Notes under the pieces: model-generated
Told to the model about the DNA's origin: nothing
Database searches by the model: none
The model's input: only the letters and a program-made list of their open reading frames with translations
Program-made: the position numbers and the translations under genes
Shown here: one piece after another, positions 12,455-22,611 of the stretch
How positions within the stretch are numbered: the first letter of the stretch is position 1
How the letters are laid out: each line of letters opens with the position of its first letter
Source of the DNA: Octopus sinensis
Taxonomy: Eukaryota
Reading direction: 5' to 3'
DNA length: 35,034 nt
Assembly (NCBI RefSeq): GCF_006345805.1
Contig: NW_021828082.1
Coordinates: 1-35,034 of the forward strand

Positions 12455-13070
12455 GGTGACATCATAATTGAGCATATAATTGTTTAGTAACATTTCAACT
12501 AATATCATATCTAACTATAACATCAGCTCTAATATCACCCCCATCAGCCAATCTAATTAACATCGCGTCTAATTAACATCATATTCATCTAACATTATAT
12601 CTAATTAGGATCAAACCTAACATCATATCTAAATAATACCGTATCTAACGTCACAGCTACCTAACATCAAATGAAACTGATATTACATTACCTGAAAAAC
12701 CACATCCAAGAAATATGAAATTCAACTAAAATCATTTATTTTAGATCACATCCAACTAACATCATAACTAACTGATATTAAATCCTACTAAAATCATATC
12801 TAACTAACATTACATCCAACTAATAAAACATCTATCTGACTGTTATAACATTCAACACCATATTTAACTAAGATCCGGTTCAAATAATATCAGATCCATT
12901 TTAATATCACCAGAAAGTAACATCACATCTAGATTCACGCCTAATATATATCACAACACTTCCAATATCACATCCTGCTTACATCACAACAGAAAAATAT
13001 CACATCTAGTATCACTTCTAAAATTACATCTGTTTAATATCAATCAACGTAACGTAAGATCAAAAAAATC
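12455..13070. repeat. degenerate ~16-nt minisatellite (approx. consensus TAACATCATATCTAAC)
   Basis: Repeated variants of AACATCAYATCT over ~600 bp. Confidence 0.7.
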
Positions 13071-13134
13071 AACCAGAATACTATGCGCTTTTGATTTCAA
13101 ACACCACTGCACAAAATGCTATGTAGTCATACAT

Positions 13135-13185
13135 ATGTATGTGTGTGTGTGTATGTGTGTATACATATACATACATACACACACG

Positions 13186-13226
<41 letters not shown>

Positions 13227-13228
13227 GT

Positions 13229-13269
<41 letters not shown>

Positions 13270-13333
13270 TATGTATATGTATATATATATTTATATGTAT
13301 GTATGTATGTATTCATGTATGTATGTATGTATG

Positions 13334-13364
<31 letters not shown>

Positions 13365-13430
13365 GTAAGTAGGTGGGTAGTAGGTAGGTGTATGTGTGTG
13401 CATGCAGGTGTATGCTTGTGTGTATACCTA
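13135..13430. repeat. compound (GT)/(CA)/(TA)/(TATG) microsatellite
   Basis: Direct reading. Confidence 0.93.
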
Positions 13431-13839
13431 TGTATATGCACACATACTTGCAAACATGCATAAATGGAAAAAGTTAGATCGTATATCTGCTCAGTTCGAG
13501 TCAGCTAACATCAGTTCTGACATAGACATTCCATAGCTTGTGTAGAATAAAAGGAAAGTCAATGGGAAAGTAGAGGGAGCAGCGGAGTGAAGCTCATTCA
13601 CCTCCCCCACACGCACACACAGACACACTACGCACGCACACGCGCGCGCACACTCACACACACGCACACACGCTCGAGCGCACACACGCTCGAGCGCACA
13701 CACGCACATGCGCGCGCACGCACTTACATAAAGAGACAGAGAGCGTGAGAAAGAAACTGCTTCAAATATAGATAGATGAATAATAAATACTATGACGGAA
13801 ACGGTAATATACAGTCCAATAAACAGGTGAAACAATTGT

Positions 13840-13995
13840 TTCTTCTGTAGGTACAAGGCCAGCAATTTCAGTGGAGGACCCTAATGCTCGGCTGGAACTA
13901 TTTCATCGTCCCCGAAAGGATGCAAGTCAAAGTTAAGGTCGGCAGAATTTGAACTCTGAACGTAAAGACGGAAGATATTCTTCTAAGCATTTCCC
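13840..13995 (-). mobile_element. SINE family A copy
   Basis: AATTTGAACTCTGAACGTAAAGACGG...CTAAGCATTT. Confidence 0.7.
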
Positions 13996-14188
13996 TCATT
14001 ACAATGGATAGGGACGCTTTCTAATGACGATATAGAAGAAGAAATATGTAGAAAAATTATGTATGCACGTTTACCATAATATGAAGTCCATGTTTTGACT
14101 GTTATCATTCCTCGAAGAGAGGAATGTACCCAAATATTTTATTGAAGTAGTAAAAACAACAGCAGTAATAATGGTGGTGGGTATAGTG

Positions 14189-14254
<66 letters not shown>

Positions 14255-14331
14255 TTAAGTCAAAATTAAAAGAAGAGTGACATTGTTATCTAGTGAACGA
14301 TATTTCGAACGATATTATTATTATTATTATA

Positions 14332-14506
14332 GAGTGAGAGAGCAGTGCATGCCATCAAAGTGACACTGGGGTAAAATATACGAAGCCCAGTATACCCATC
14401 ATGATTACCCGTCTGATAAGGGTACACCAGGCAAATGTATCAGAACCATGTGTACGCGACATGGTGATCTCATATCAAGATAAACAGCACATGACCTTGC
14501 AGGTGG
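14332..14506 (-). mobile_element. 5'-truncated copy of the element at 1-421, bounded on both sides by (TTA)n
   Basis: Collinear reverse complement of 248-421; roughly 80% identical by eye. Confidence 0.85.
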
Positions 14507-14749
14507 TATTATTATTAGTATTATTATTATTAGTTATAGTATTAGTATTTGTGTGTTCCAAGATTAGTCCTGATACATTAAACCTTTCATCGAAAGCTTT
14601 CCAGTTGTACCAGACTACGTATTTTTACAATTTTTTTTTTTTTGGACCCTAAGTCTCACGTGTTTGGTTACCCGGTTTCCATGGCGTGTAAGTAACCGAG
14701 ATCACAACATTCCCTGACAGGAACGCTAGACAGTTGCAAAGTTCAGGTC

Positions 14750-14940
14750 AGCAATTTTTGAGTAGCGGAGACAAATCGATGACATCGACTCAGGTACTTG
14801 ACTGATACTTCATGTGATCGACCAAGTAAGGATTTTAAACAAAGTTGAAATCAGCAAGATTTGAACTCAAAACTAAAGAACCGAAAGAAATGCCACAAAG
14901 AATTGAGTCCATCGTGCCAACGATTCTGCCAGCTCGTCGT
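14750..14940 (-). mobile_element. SINE family A copy
   Basis: ...TCGATGACATCGACTCAGGTACTTGACTG...TTTGAACTC...AACGATTCTGCCAGCTCG. Confidence 0.75.
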
Positions 14941-15642
14941 CCAGCCTATATTTTAGAGGTATAACATCTAATGTATCATTCACTTTTAAAGTTTAATTGA
15001 TAATTGAAAACTGACATAGCTGCAATTTCTAGCACTCCAAATGATCGAATACAGACTCTCTTAACTTGCAGTGGATGTTGTTACTGTAGTTATAAGTGTT
15101 GTTACTTGTCTTTTCATCTTTCTGGAGTTTAAAATGATCAACAGAGCGACCACATCCGGGGATCTTGTAATGGAGCTAATGGAGCAGCCATCTCCGGTAA
15201 TCATAGAAAAAAAAAATCATTGCCTTTGCAGGACTACTTGTTGAGATTGTCATTTCTGAATAAACTCTACAGGAATACGAAGGCGAACGATGTCACTTTT
15301 TATGCATTTAGTCAGTGTTTTAACATTATTGACATATAGAAATATGTTGGTTAGCTGCCGTTGAGTGTAATTTTATCAGGAATCTCATCAAGATCATTCT
15401 CATCGCCTTTTCAGTGGAGTAAGTTAGACAGTTGTTTTCTGACTAGTGATGATGATGACAGAAGGAATGTGGTAGACCTCTTAAACCCTCAACAATATCA
15501 ACTACCATACGAAAAAGAAAGCAGAGATGATGAGGTAGGCTCCGCACTCCAGTACATTGTTGTTTACAAGATGAGTGAGAGTAACGAGTATGATCTGCCT
15601 GGACAGATCTACTCTCTCATTCTGGTAATATAGACTGTAGAC

Positions 15643-15920
15643 CAGTGGTTCCCAAACTGAACGGTACTGCCTCCTGGGAGAGATGAAAAGATCCAGGGGG
15701 CGTTGAAGAAAAGTAGGGTGATAATGGGGGTGAAAAAAAAAGCAAAATAATGGGCTAATTAGGTTAACATCTATTTGTGAAATACAGTTGTTTCGAATTT
15801 GCTGGAGAAAGTGGTCTGTGTTTGTAGTGATGATGAGTGGTGGTGGTGGTGGGGCTCTAAGAATGTGACCTGGTTGCCAAGTAAAAGTATAGGCAGCCCG
15901 TAAAAGTATAGGGACCACTG
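15643..15920. mobile_element. non-autonomous hAT (Charlie-type) MITE, 278 bp
   Basis: TIRs CAGTGGTTCCCAAACT (left) and CAGTGGTCCCTATACT (right, reverse-complemented). 8-bp TSD CTGTAGAC (15635-15642) / CTGTAGAG (15921-15928), close to the Charlie NTCTAGAN target. Confidence 0.85.
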
Positions 15921-16332
15921 CTGTAGAGTGTAACCTGGAAGAGAGCACTCTATAATGAATGTAAAAACGATATTTTTGCTACAATTACTAAATTCAATTC
16001 TACTCCGAGACTGCTCTATACGAGATATTTTAAATCTCAGACAAAGACAGCAGTATCTAACTTGTTAACAGTGTACAGACGCTAAATAGGACACAGCCAG
16101 CATGGGTAGTTCTCAGTCTCATCATTTAAAGTACGAAACTGAGTAATACCATCTGGTTGATAACTAATGGGGAATTACAGACCTTCTGTGTCCGTCTTCC
16201 GTCCGGTTGTACACTCAGTATACGTTGTACGTTTTTGTACCCTCTTGTTTATTTGCAATATGTGTGTGTGTACATATATACATACACACACACATATATA
16301 TATGAATGTATTTTGATTTTTTGATTTTGATT

Positions 16333-16374
16333 TTTCCAGTTTCAGCTAATGAGCTGTGGCCATGCTGGGGCACC
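16333..16374 (-). mobile_element. extreme 3' tip of the CR1-group LINE or its partner SINE
   Basis: Reverse complement GGTGCCCCAGCATGGCCACAGCTCATTAGCTGAAACTGG matches the tail at 11623-11663. Confidence 0.65.
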
Positions 16375-16594
16375 ATATATATATATACATTTTCTTTCGT
16401 GTTAGTCCGTTTTTCCATGTTTGCCATTCCTGACACTGATGCTTATTTCTTTTGCTAAGTAAATGATATTTCACACGATATATATAATTAAAAAAAAACT
16501 GTCCGACGAACGGGAACGTGAAACTCTGAGTAACAGCTTTTGTTATATTTCTGCTGCTTTTAAATAAAGTATATATATATATATATATATGGAA

Positions 16595-16940
16595 TGCAAA
16601 TGAATAACAAGGATGTCCAGGTATCAATGCACTACGGGCATTTCAAGTGGCTCCATTTATTCAATTAATGAAAACATTAAATCGATTTGAAATAAACCGC
16701 TTCCCTCAGTTGCAGATGACCATATAGATTTCCAATATAACCAATTTTATGTCAGTACTAGAAACCAAAATAATTACAGTGTTTACTTATTTTATATTCG
16801 TGGCAGAATGAATGGTCATCTATATTTGAGGAGAGCGGTTTCTTTCAAATTGATATAATGTTTTCATTGATGGCTTAAATGGAACCGCTTGAAACGGCCG
16901 TAATGCATTGATACCTAGACATCCCTGTTACTTATTTGCA
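16595..16940. mobile_element. fold-back MITE-like element with ~129-nt inverted arms
   Basis: 16595-16723 pairs with 16812-16940 (e.g. GGATGTCCAGGTATCAATGCA vs TGCATTGATACCTAGACATCC); 88-nt spacer. TSD not identified. Confidence 0.8.
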
Positions 16941-17193
16941 CTTTGTTCACCTAACTTCGAGTTATATATATTATAACTTAGGATACCTACGAGATACCGC
17001 CATGCTGAAATTAGCAGCCATGATCTGAGTTTAAAACAACCTTAAGTGTTCATATAGCACACGGAGAGAAGACATAAAGACAAAAAGTAACACTAATAAA
17101 AAAATTACTAGATAATTCCAGATCCCGGATTTCTGGCCTTGCATTTAGGAATGCTTTGCCACATGAGTGTAATATACGCTGAGAGAAACATAG

Positions 17194-17232
<39 letters not shown>

Positions 17233-17300
17233 TACAATATACAAATACTTACATATACGAACGTATACATACATATATATGCACGTATGCATCATGACTA

Positions 17301-17550
17301 AGTGTGGAGGCACATGGCCTAGTGGTTAGAGCAGCGGACTCCCGGTCGAGGGATCGCGGGTTCGAATCTCAGACCGGACGATATGTGTGTTTATGAGCGA
17401 AACACCTAAGCTCAAAGCTGCTCCGGCAGAAGGTAATGGCAAAACTTCTACTGACTCTTTCGCCACAAATTTCCCTCGCTCTTTCCTCCTGCATCTTGCA
17501 GCTCACCTGCGATGGACCGGCGTCCCGTCCAGGTGGGAAACCTATACGCC
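17301..17550 (+). mobile_element. tRNA-derived SINE family C with a V-domain-like box
   Basis: A box TGGCCTAGTGG (17315-17325), B box GGTTCGAATC (17359-17368), and CCTGCGATGGACCGGCGTCCCGTCCAGG (17506-17533). Confidence 0.8.
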
Positions 17551-17639
17551 AGGCATGGCTCCAGAAGGAACAAACAACGACAACAATCATAACTAATGCT
17601 TCTTTCTTTCTTACTTGCTAGCTTGTTCTTGCTTGACAA

Positions 17640-17930
17640 GGCTGCGGTTATCCCAAATTAGTCGTCCCAGAAACGTCATTATGCGTAGAACTGAACAGAT
17701 CCACCAGTGCTTTCCCTCACTGGCGGTCCCATGCCAGCCCTTCTGTATCCTCCAAGGTGACGTCGAATCTGTGTAGGCCTTCCCCAATCCAATTCAGCTA
17801 TATGGTGCGAGGCAAACCTCTTCCAGCGAGGAGCTTCTGCGTTGAATTAGAGTAAAGCCCTGGTAGGACGATCTAGGGAGAGACGGAAGGCAGATACACA
17901 CATTCATGCAGCAGAAACACGTGTCGCATT
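17640..17930 (-). mobile_element. RTE-type LINE ORF C-terminal fragment
   Basis: Minus translation GRGLPRTI*LNWIGEGLHRFDVTLEDTEGLAWDRQ*GKALVDLFSSTH fits RGRPR..W...I..DL...LA.DR..WK.LV. Confidence 0.7.
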
Positions 17931-18001
17931 GGAATCTAAAGTGAATTTAATGAGAGTAAGTTTTGAAGATGTATAGCTCTCCATTCTTCATTATGATATC
18001 T

Positions 18002-18057
<56 letters not shown>

Positions 18058-18310
18058 CATACATACATACATATGTGTGTGCGTGTGCGTGTGTGCATTT
18101 CTTTATGTATGTATGTATGAAGGAAATAGTTGTTGGGCGATTTCGTCAGTTACTGTTCCAGTTGGTCAAGTAACTGAATTATAATGCAAATCTAAAAAAA
18201 GATTGAAAACTAAAAAATTGAATTAAACAAAAGAAAATTAATTCATGTAAGAGAGATAAATGCGTTAATGTCAACTAATTGAAATATTTGAAATAAGACA
18301 AATTCAATTA

Positions 18311-18500
18311 GTACTCCTTTACTCTCACGTTTATTTCAGTTACTGGACTGGGAACAAGCTGGGGCACTGCCTTGGATCATGGTTAGTTGAAAAAATTGAA
18401 CCAAGTAATTATCATAAGTCTAGTACTTATTACATTGGTATCGTTTGCTGAACAGCTAAATTACAACGGCTTAAGGAAGCCAACACCCTGCGGTGACAAT
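18311..18500 (-). mobile_element. SINE family B 3' half, degenerate
   Basis: TTTCAGTTACTGGACTG...GCTGGGGCACTGCC...AGTACTTATT homologous to 9822-10108. Confidence 0.65.
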
Positions 18501-18561
18501 TATAGATAGAATAATACAGGCACAGATACCTATACATATATATGTACATATACATACATAC

Positions 18562-18592
<31 letters not shown>

Positions 18593-18876
18593 CACACATG
18601 CACGCACACACACACACATATACACACACACATGCACACACACGCACACACACACATATGCATATGCATATAGATAAATCAATATAAACAGCAATTTGCA
18701 ATGTTTCATCAGAAAGGAGAATTACAAATGTCACCAAATGCGACTAAGGTGTTAGAAAACACCTACATTGCTATAAATAAGATCTAAAACGGTCTGATGC
18801 TATAGTTAATGCACATTAATGAAAACACAATCACTAGCAGGGACCATAATCACCCGAAAAGTGCCGAGCGATAATG

Positions 18877-18927
18877 TTTAATACTCACACGTCAGTTTCG
18901 GCAATTTCCGTCGCTTCATCAGTCAAC
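18877..18927 (-). ncRNA. type I hammerhead ribozyme motif (degenerate)
   Basis: UUGA-CUGAUGA-AGCGA cggaaa UUGCC-GAAA-CU gacgugug AG-UA-UUAA. Core intact, helix I 4 bp with one G-U, A10.1-C11.1 mismatch. Confidence 0.65.
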
Positions 18928-19087
18928 CCAGCTCGGCCTCTGCATTTTCCGGAGTCGCTTCGCCATTAGTATCTATGTTTTCGTCATCCAAAATGATTGG
19001 ATGATTTAGTGATTCGCTAATGAGTATATATAAATTTAATATGAACAGCAGCTTGAAATGTTTCCAGAAAGTATCGAAGCCGAGCTG

Positions 19088-19129
19088 GCTTAACTGATGA
19101 AGGACGAAACTGACGCATCAGTTTAAAGC
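19088..19129 (+). ncRNA. hammerhead motif with helix II deleted
   Basis: GCUUAA-CUGAUGA-aggac-GAAA-CUGA cgca UCAG-UU-UAAAGC. Perfect helix III; 11-nt deletion removes helix II. Confidence 0.55.
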
Positions 19130-19304
19130 TTTCTCGATCGGCACTTTTCGGATGATTATGGTCCCTGTTAGTGTATATGTTTTTATTTATGTGCTTTAAC
19201 TACAACATTGGAACGTTTTCGTTCTGATTTCTAGCAATGTAGGTGTTTTCTAACACTCTAGTCGCATTTAGTGACATTTGTAATATACATAGGTATACCT
19301 ACAT

Positions 19305-19339
<35 letters not shown>

Positions 19340-19657
19340 AATATATATATATATAAATATACACACACACATATTTATATGTATATTTACACACACACAT
19401 ATACACACAAACACACAAATCTAGGCGCTTGCGTCACTCCATTGTTTTGGCTAAATATTAATAAAAATATCCACATACTCATATTCTGAGTTCTCTTTTT
19501 CCTGTTTGCATCACCATATCATATCATGTCCATACATTATGTTATGTTATATTCGAAATTGCGATTGACTCTCTGACCGATAACTGAACAGGAGTTGGCG
19601 ACCACTTTTGTCTGTTTCCCGTTTGTTTGTGCATTCATTAGTTTAACTCATGAGTTT

Positions 19658-19702
<45 letters not shown>

Positions 19703-19852
19703 TGTGGACAAGGCTGCGTGGCGTCCAATTACAAATAAATAAAAATACACATTAAGTACACATATATATATATATATGTATATACATACATACACATATG
19801 CAGATATACATACATATATATATATACACACACACACATATATATATATATA

Positions 19853-19925
<73 letters not shown>

Positions 19926-19961
19926 GGAACGAGAGAGAGTCACACAAAGACATAGATAGAT

Positions 19962-20039
<78 letters not shown>

Positions 20040-21258
20040 GCAGATAGATAGATAGACGGGATCTCCTAAATGGACGACCAATGATTCATAATGAATATAC
20101 CAGCGTATGAATTTCCACAGTGGTTCATGAGTAAATACTATGCAAACAGGGCAATTGTTATACAGTACTGGCACCAAAACATAGCGACTTGTTCCATCCT
20201 TCATTCCCCTTGTTGGATACATTTTCATAGCGCTGCACACAAATACACACACACTCACGCGCACAAACACACAAGGAAACAAACAAGAAGACGTCACACA
20301 CGAGCATGCACACAAAATTAGAAACACAACATACAAATCGCATACAAACACATGCATGTATACGGATACATTTACTTAGAATCAGATAGAGCTGCGCACA
20401 AGGACATACAGAATAATTCATACCGAGACATACAAAAATACACACGTGTCGTACACAGACAAATCCGGAAGCAGTCACAAACGTACGTACACTCATACAC
20501 GAACACAGAAACAAGCACGTCTGCATACACATGCATACATACATACATGCATACATACATACATACATATACACACACACACATACATACATACATTTTC
20601 CTATGCACCTGTATTTCAATGTCCAACTTACCACGTACCAAACGAGACACATTTAATAGTCTCGCACACACACATGTGCACACACAAAAACAAACTACAG
20701 AAACCCAATCACGTACATATGACACATACATATTATACTGTACAAAATATCATACACACACAAAGATAAAGTTATAGGCGTACTCACACAATACACACAC
20801 ACACACACGCACATTCACTCACAGAGCAGTGGATACACATATAAACAAATACACAACAACTTATGCACATATGCAAGTCTTCTTCATTCTGAATCTACTG
20901 TTACTATCTTTCTTTCTCTTCCTTCCTCCCCCTATCTCTTTTTCCCTCTTTGCCTATCCGTCTGATACGCTTTCTCACTACTTTTCTCTTTATCTCTGTG
21001 TCTATGTCATTCTTTGTCTGTCTCTCTGTGTCTCTGTCTCAGTCTCTCTCTCTCTCTCTCTTTTACTCTCTCTCTCTCTCTGCAGCCGTGAGACCACTCC
21101 CACTATGAAATATATCGATGTTCAGTGGTTGCTGTCTGATTCCTATTGGATGCTTCTTCTTATTGCTGCTCTTCTCCTACTACGCACAATGGTGACTTTG
21201 AACTTACCCATCTCATTCTGCTCATTATCCTCATCCCACCTCTCAATTCACATCGCTT

Positions 21259-21405
21259 TTCTTCTTCTTCTTCTTCTTCTTCTTCTTCTTCTTCTTCTTC
21301 TTCTTCTTCTTCTTCTTCTTCTTCTTCTTCTTCTTCTTCTTCTTCTCCTTCTTCTTCTTCTTCTTGATCCTCCTCCACCTCCTCCTCCTCCTCCTCCTCA
21401 TCATC
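21259..21405. repeat. (TTC)n + (TCC)n/(TCA)n microsatellite
   Basis: Direct reading. Confidence 0.95.
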
Positions 21406-22319
21406 ATCATCATCACTATTATCTTCATAATTTTCTTTTTTATATTGTCGTTGTCCTTCATCATCCTCATCATGATGATGGTGATAATAATAATAATGAT
21501 AATGATGATGATGTATCTTTCTTCCTCTTCTTTATATTGTTCTTGTCCTTCTTCATCATCATCATCATCTTCATCTTCCTCAGGGCATCATCGTCATCTT
21601 CCTTTTCTACTTTATAATTATTATCATCAGCGTCATCTTTTTTGTTTTCTCCGTGTTCTTCTACCATTCCCATCCTCCTGTTTTCATTTTTTTTCCCCCA
21701 CTCCGAGTCATACACACCGATTTCCATATCACTCACTTTTCTATCAGTTTTGACAGTGATCGCAATGATGATGATGATAACGGCGACGACGATGATGATA
21801 ATGATGGACGAAGTGGGGCTGCTGGTGTAATGTCAGTGGCAATAACTACTTGTAGTGAAAGTTATAGCAATTCGTTGCATTACTGTTTCTCATCATTTCC
21901 TTAATCATTAATTTTCCTTCCCTCTATATCATTCCTACTATATTATATATCCCTGCATTCACTGCTATACAGTATATCTGCTTTTATAGCTATCGTTACT
22001 ACAATACTATTAGTCCTTCTAACGTATCTACAAAACTGTATGTATGTATGTATGTATGTATGTATGTATGTATGTATGTATGTATGTATGAGCAAGTGCG
22101 TCACGATATATTTTCTACTGTACTCCCTACATTTAATCTTTCAAATATAAATCTTTATATCTTTTATATTTCACTTGCTTCACTCATTAGATTGCGACCA
22201 TGCTAATGCAACGCGTTCAAGGATTTACTCGGAAAAAATGGGCCCCAGTACATTTTTTTAATGCTGGTTTCATTTTGACGAATTACTAGGTTACAGGAGC
22301 GTTAATAAAACAAAAACAG

Positions 22320-22550
22320 TTGTCAAGTTTGTAAGGAACACAAATTCAAAGACGAGCGCGCCATGATAGATCGCTAGCCACTAAACCGTTTTTATTTTCT
22401 CTCCCTGTTTATTTCTGTTTTCCTTTCTGTCGAAGAGCGTAGGCTCGAAACCTAAAAGTCTTTCTCACTTCCTGAGCGTTAAACTAATACATCTGTTTGT
22501 AGTTCACACACCCGTCTTCGTCTTTTGTGTTCTTTGTAAATTTTCACTAT
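22320..22550 (+). mobile_element. probable Penelope-like pLTR fragment with a relic HHR-like motif (22423-22458)
   Basis: CUUU-CUGUCGAA-GAGC guag GCUC-GAAAC-CUA-AAAG: helices I and II pair, but the core is mutated. Confidence 0.4.
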
Positions 22551-22556
22551 ATATAT

Positions 22557-22609
<53 letters not shown>

Positions 22610-22611
<2 letters not shown>

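Larger units (their letters stand above)
18674..19284. mobile_element. Penelope-like pseudo-LTR / retrozyme-like repeat: ~357-bp unit, start of a second unit, then an inverted truncated copy
   Basis: Unit start AACAGC at 18687 recurs at 19044. Arms 18721-18940 and 19076-19284 are inverted. Homologous to 29505-29985. Carries HHR motifs. Confidence 0.7.

Noticed and set aside
13610-13730. CpG-rich (CA/CG)n tract with a duplicated CACACACGCTCGAGCG
   Set aside because: Explained by microsatellite slippage; Z-DNA potential is generic for such tracts.
15361-15633. 90-codon plus-strand ORF of ordinary composition with possible AG/GT boundaries
   Set aside because: No recognisable domain or repeat homology; cannot distinguish from chance.
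16105-16155. GAAAC-UGA-GUA motif resembling a hammerhead 3' half
   Set aside because: No CUGANGA-like 5' core at the required position.
17301-17380. tRNA gene
   Set aside because: No proper acceptor stem or terminator; it continues into a SINE body.
20829-21904. Signal-peptide-like ORF (MKYIDVQWLLSDSYWMLLL...) and acidic antisense ORFs
   Set aside because: They run into (TTC)n arrays, and both strands give equally plausible low-complexity peptides.
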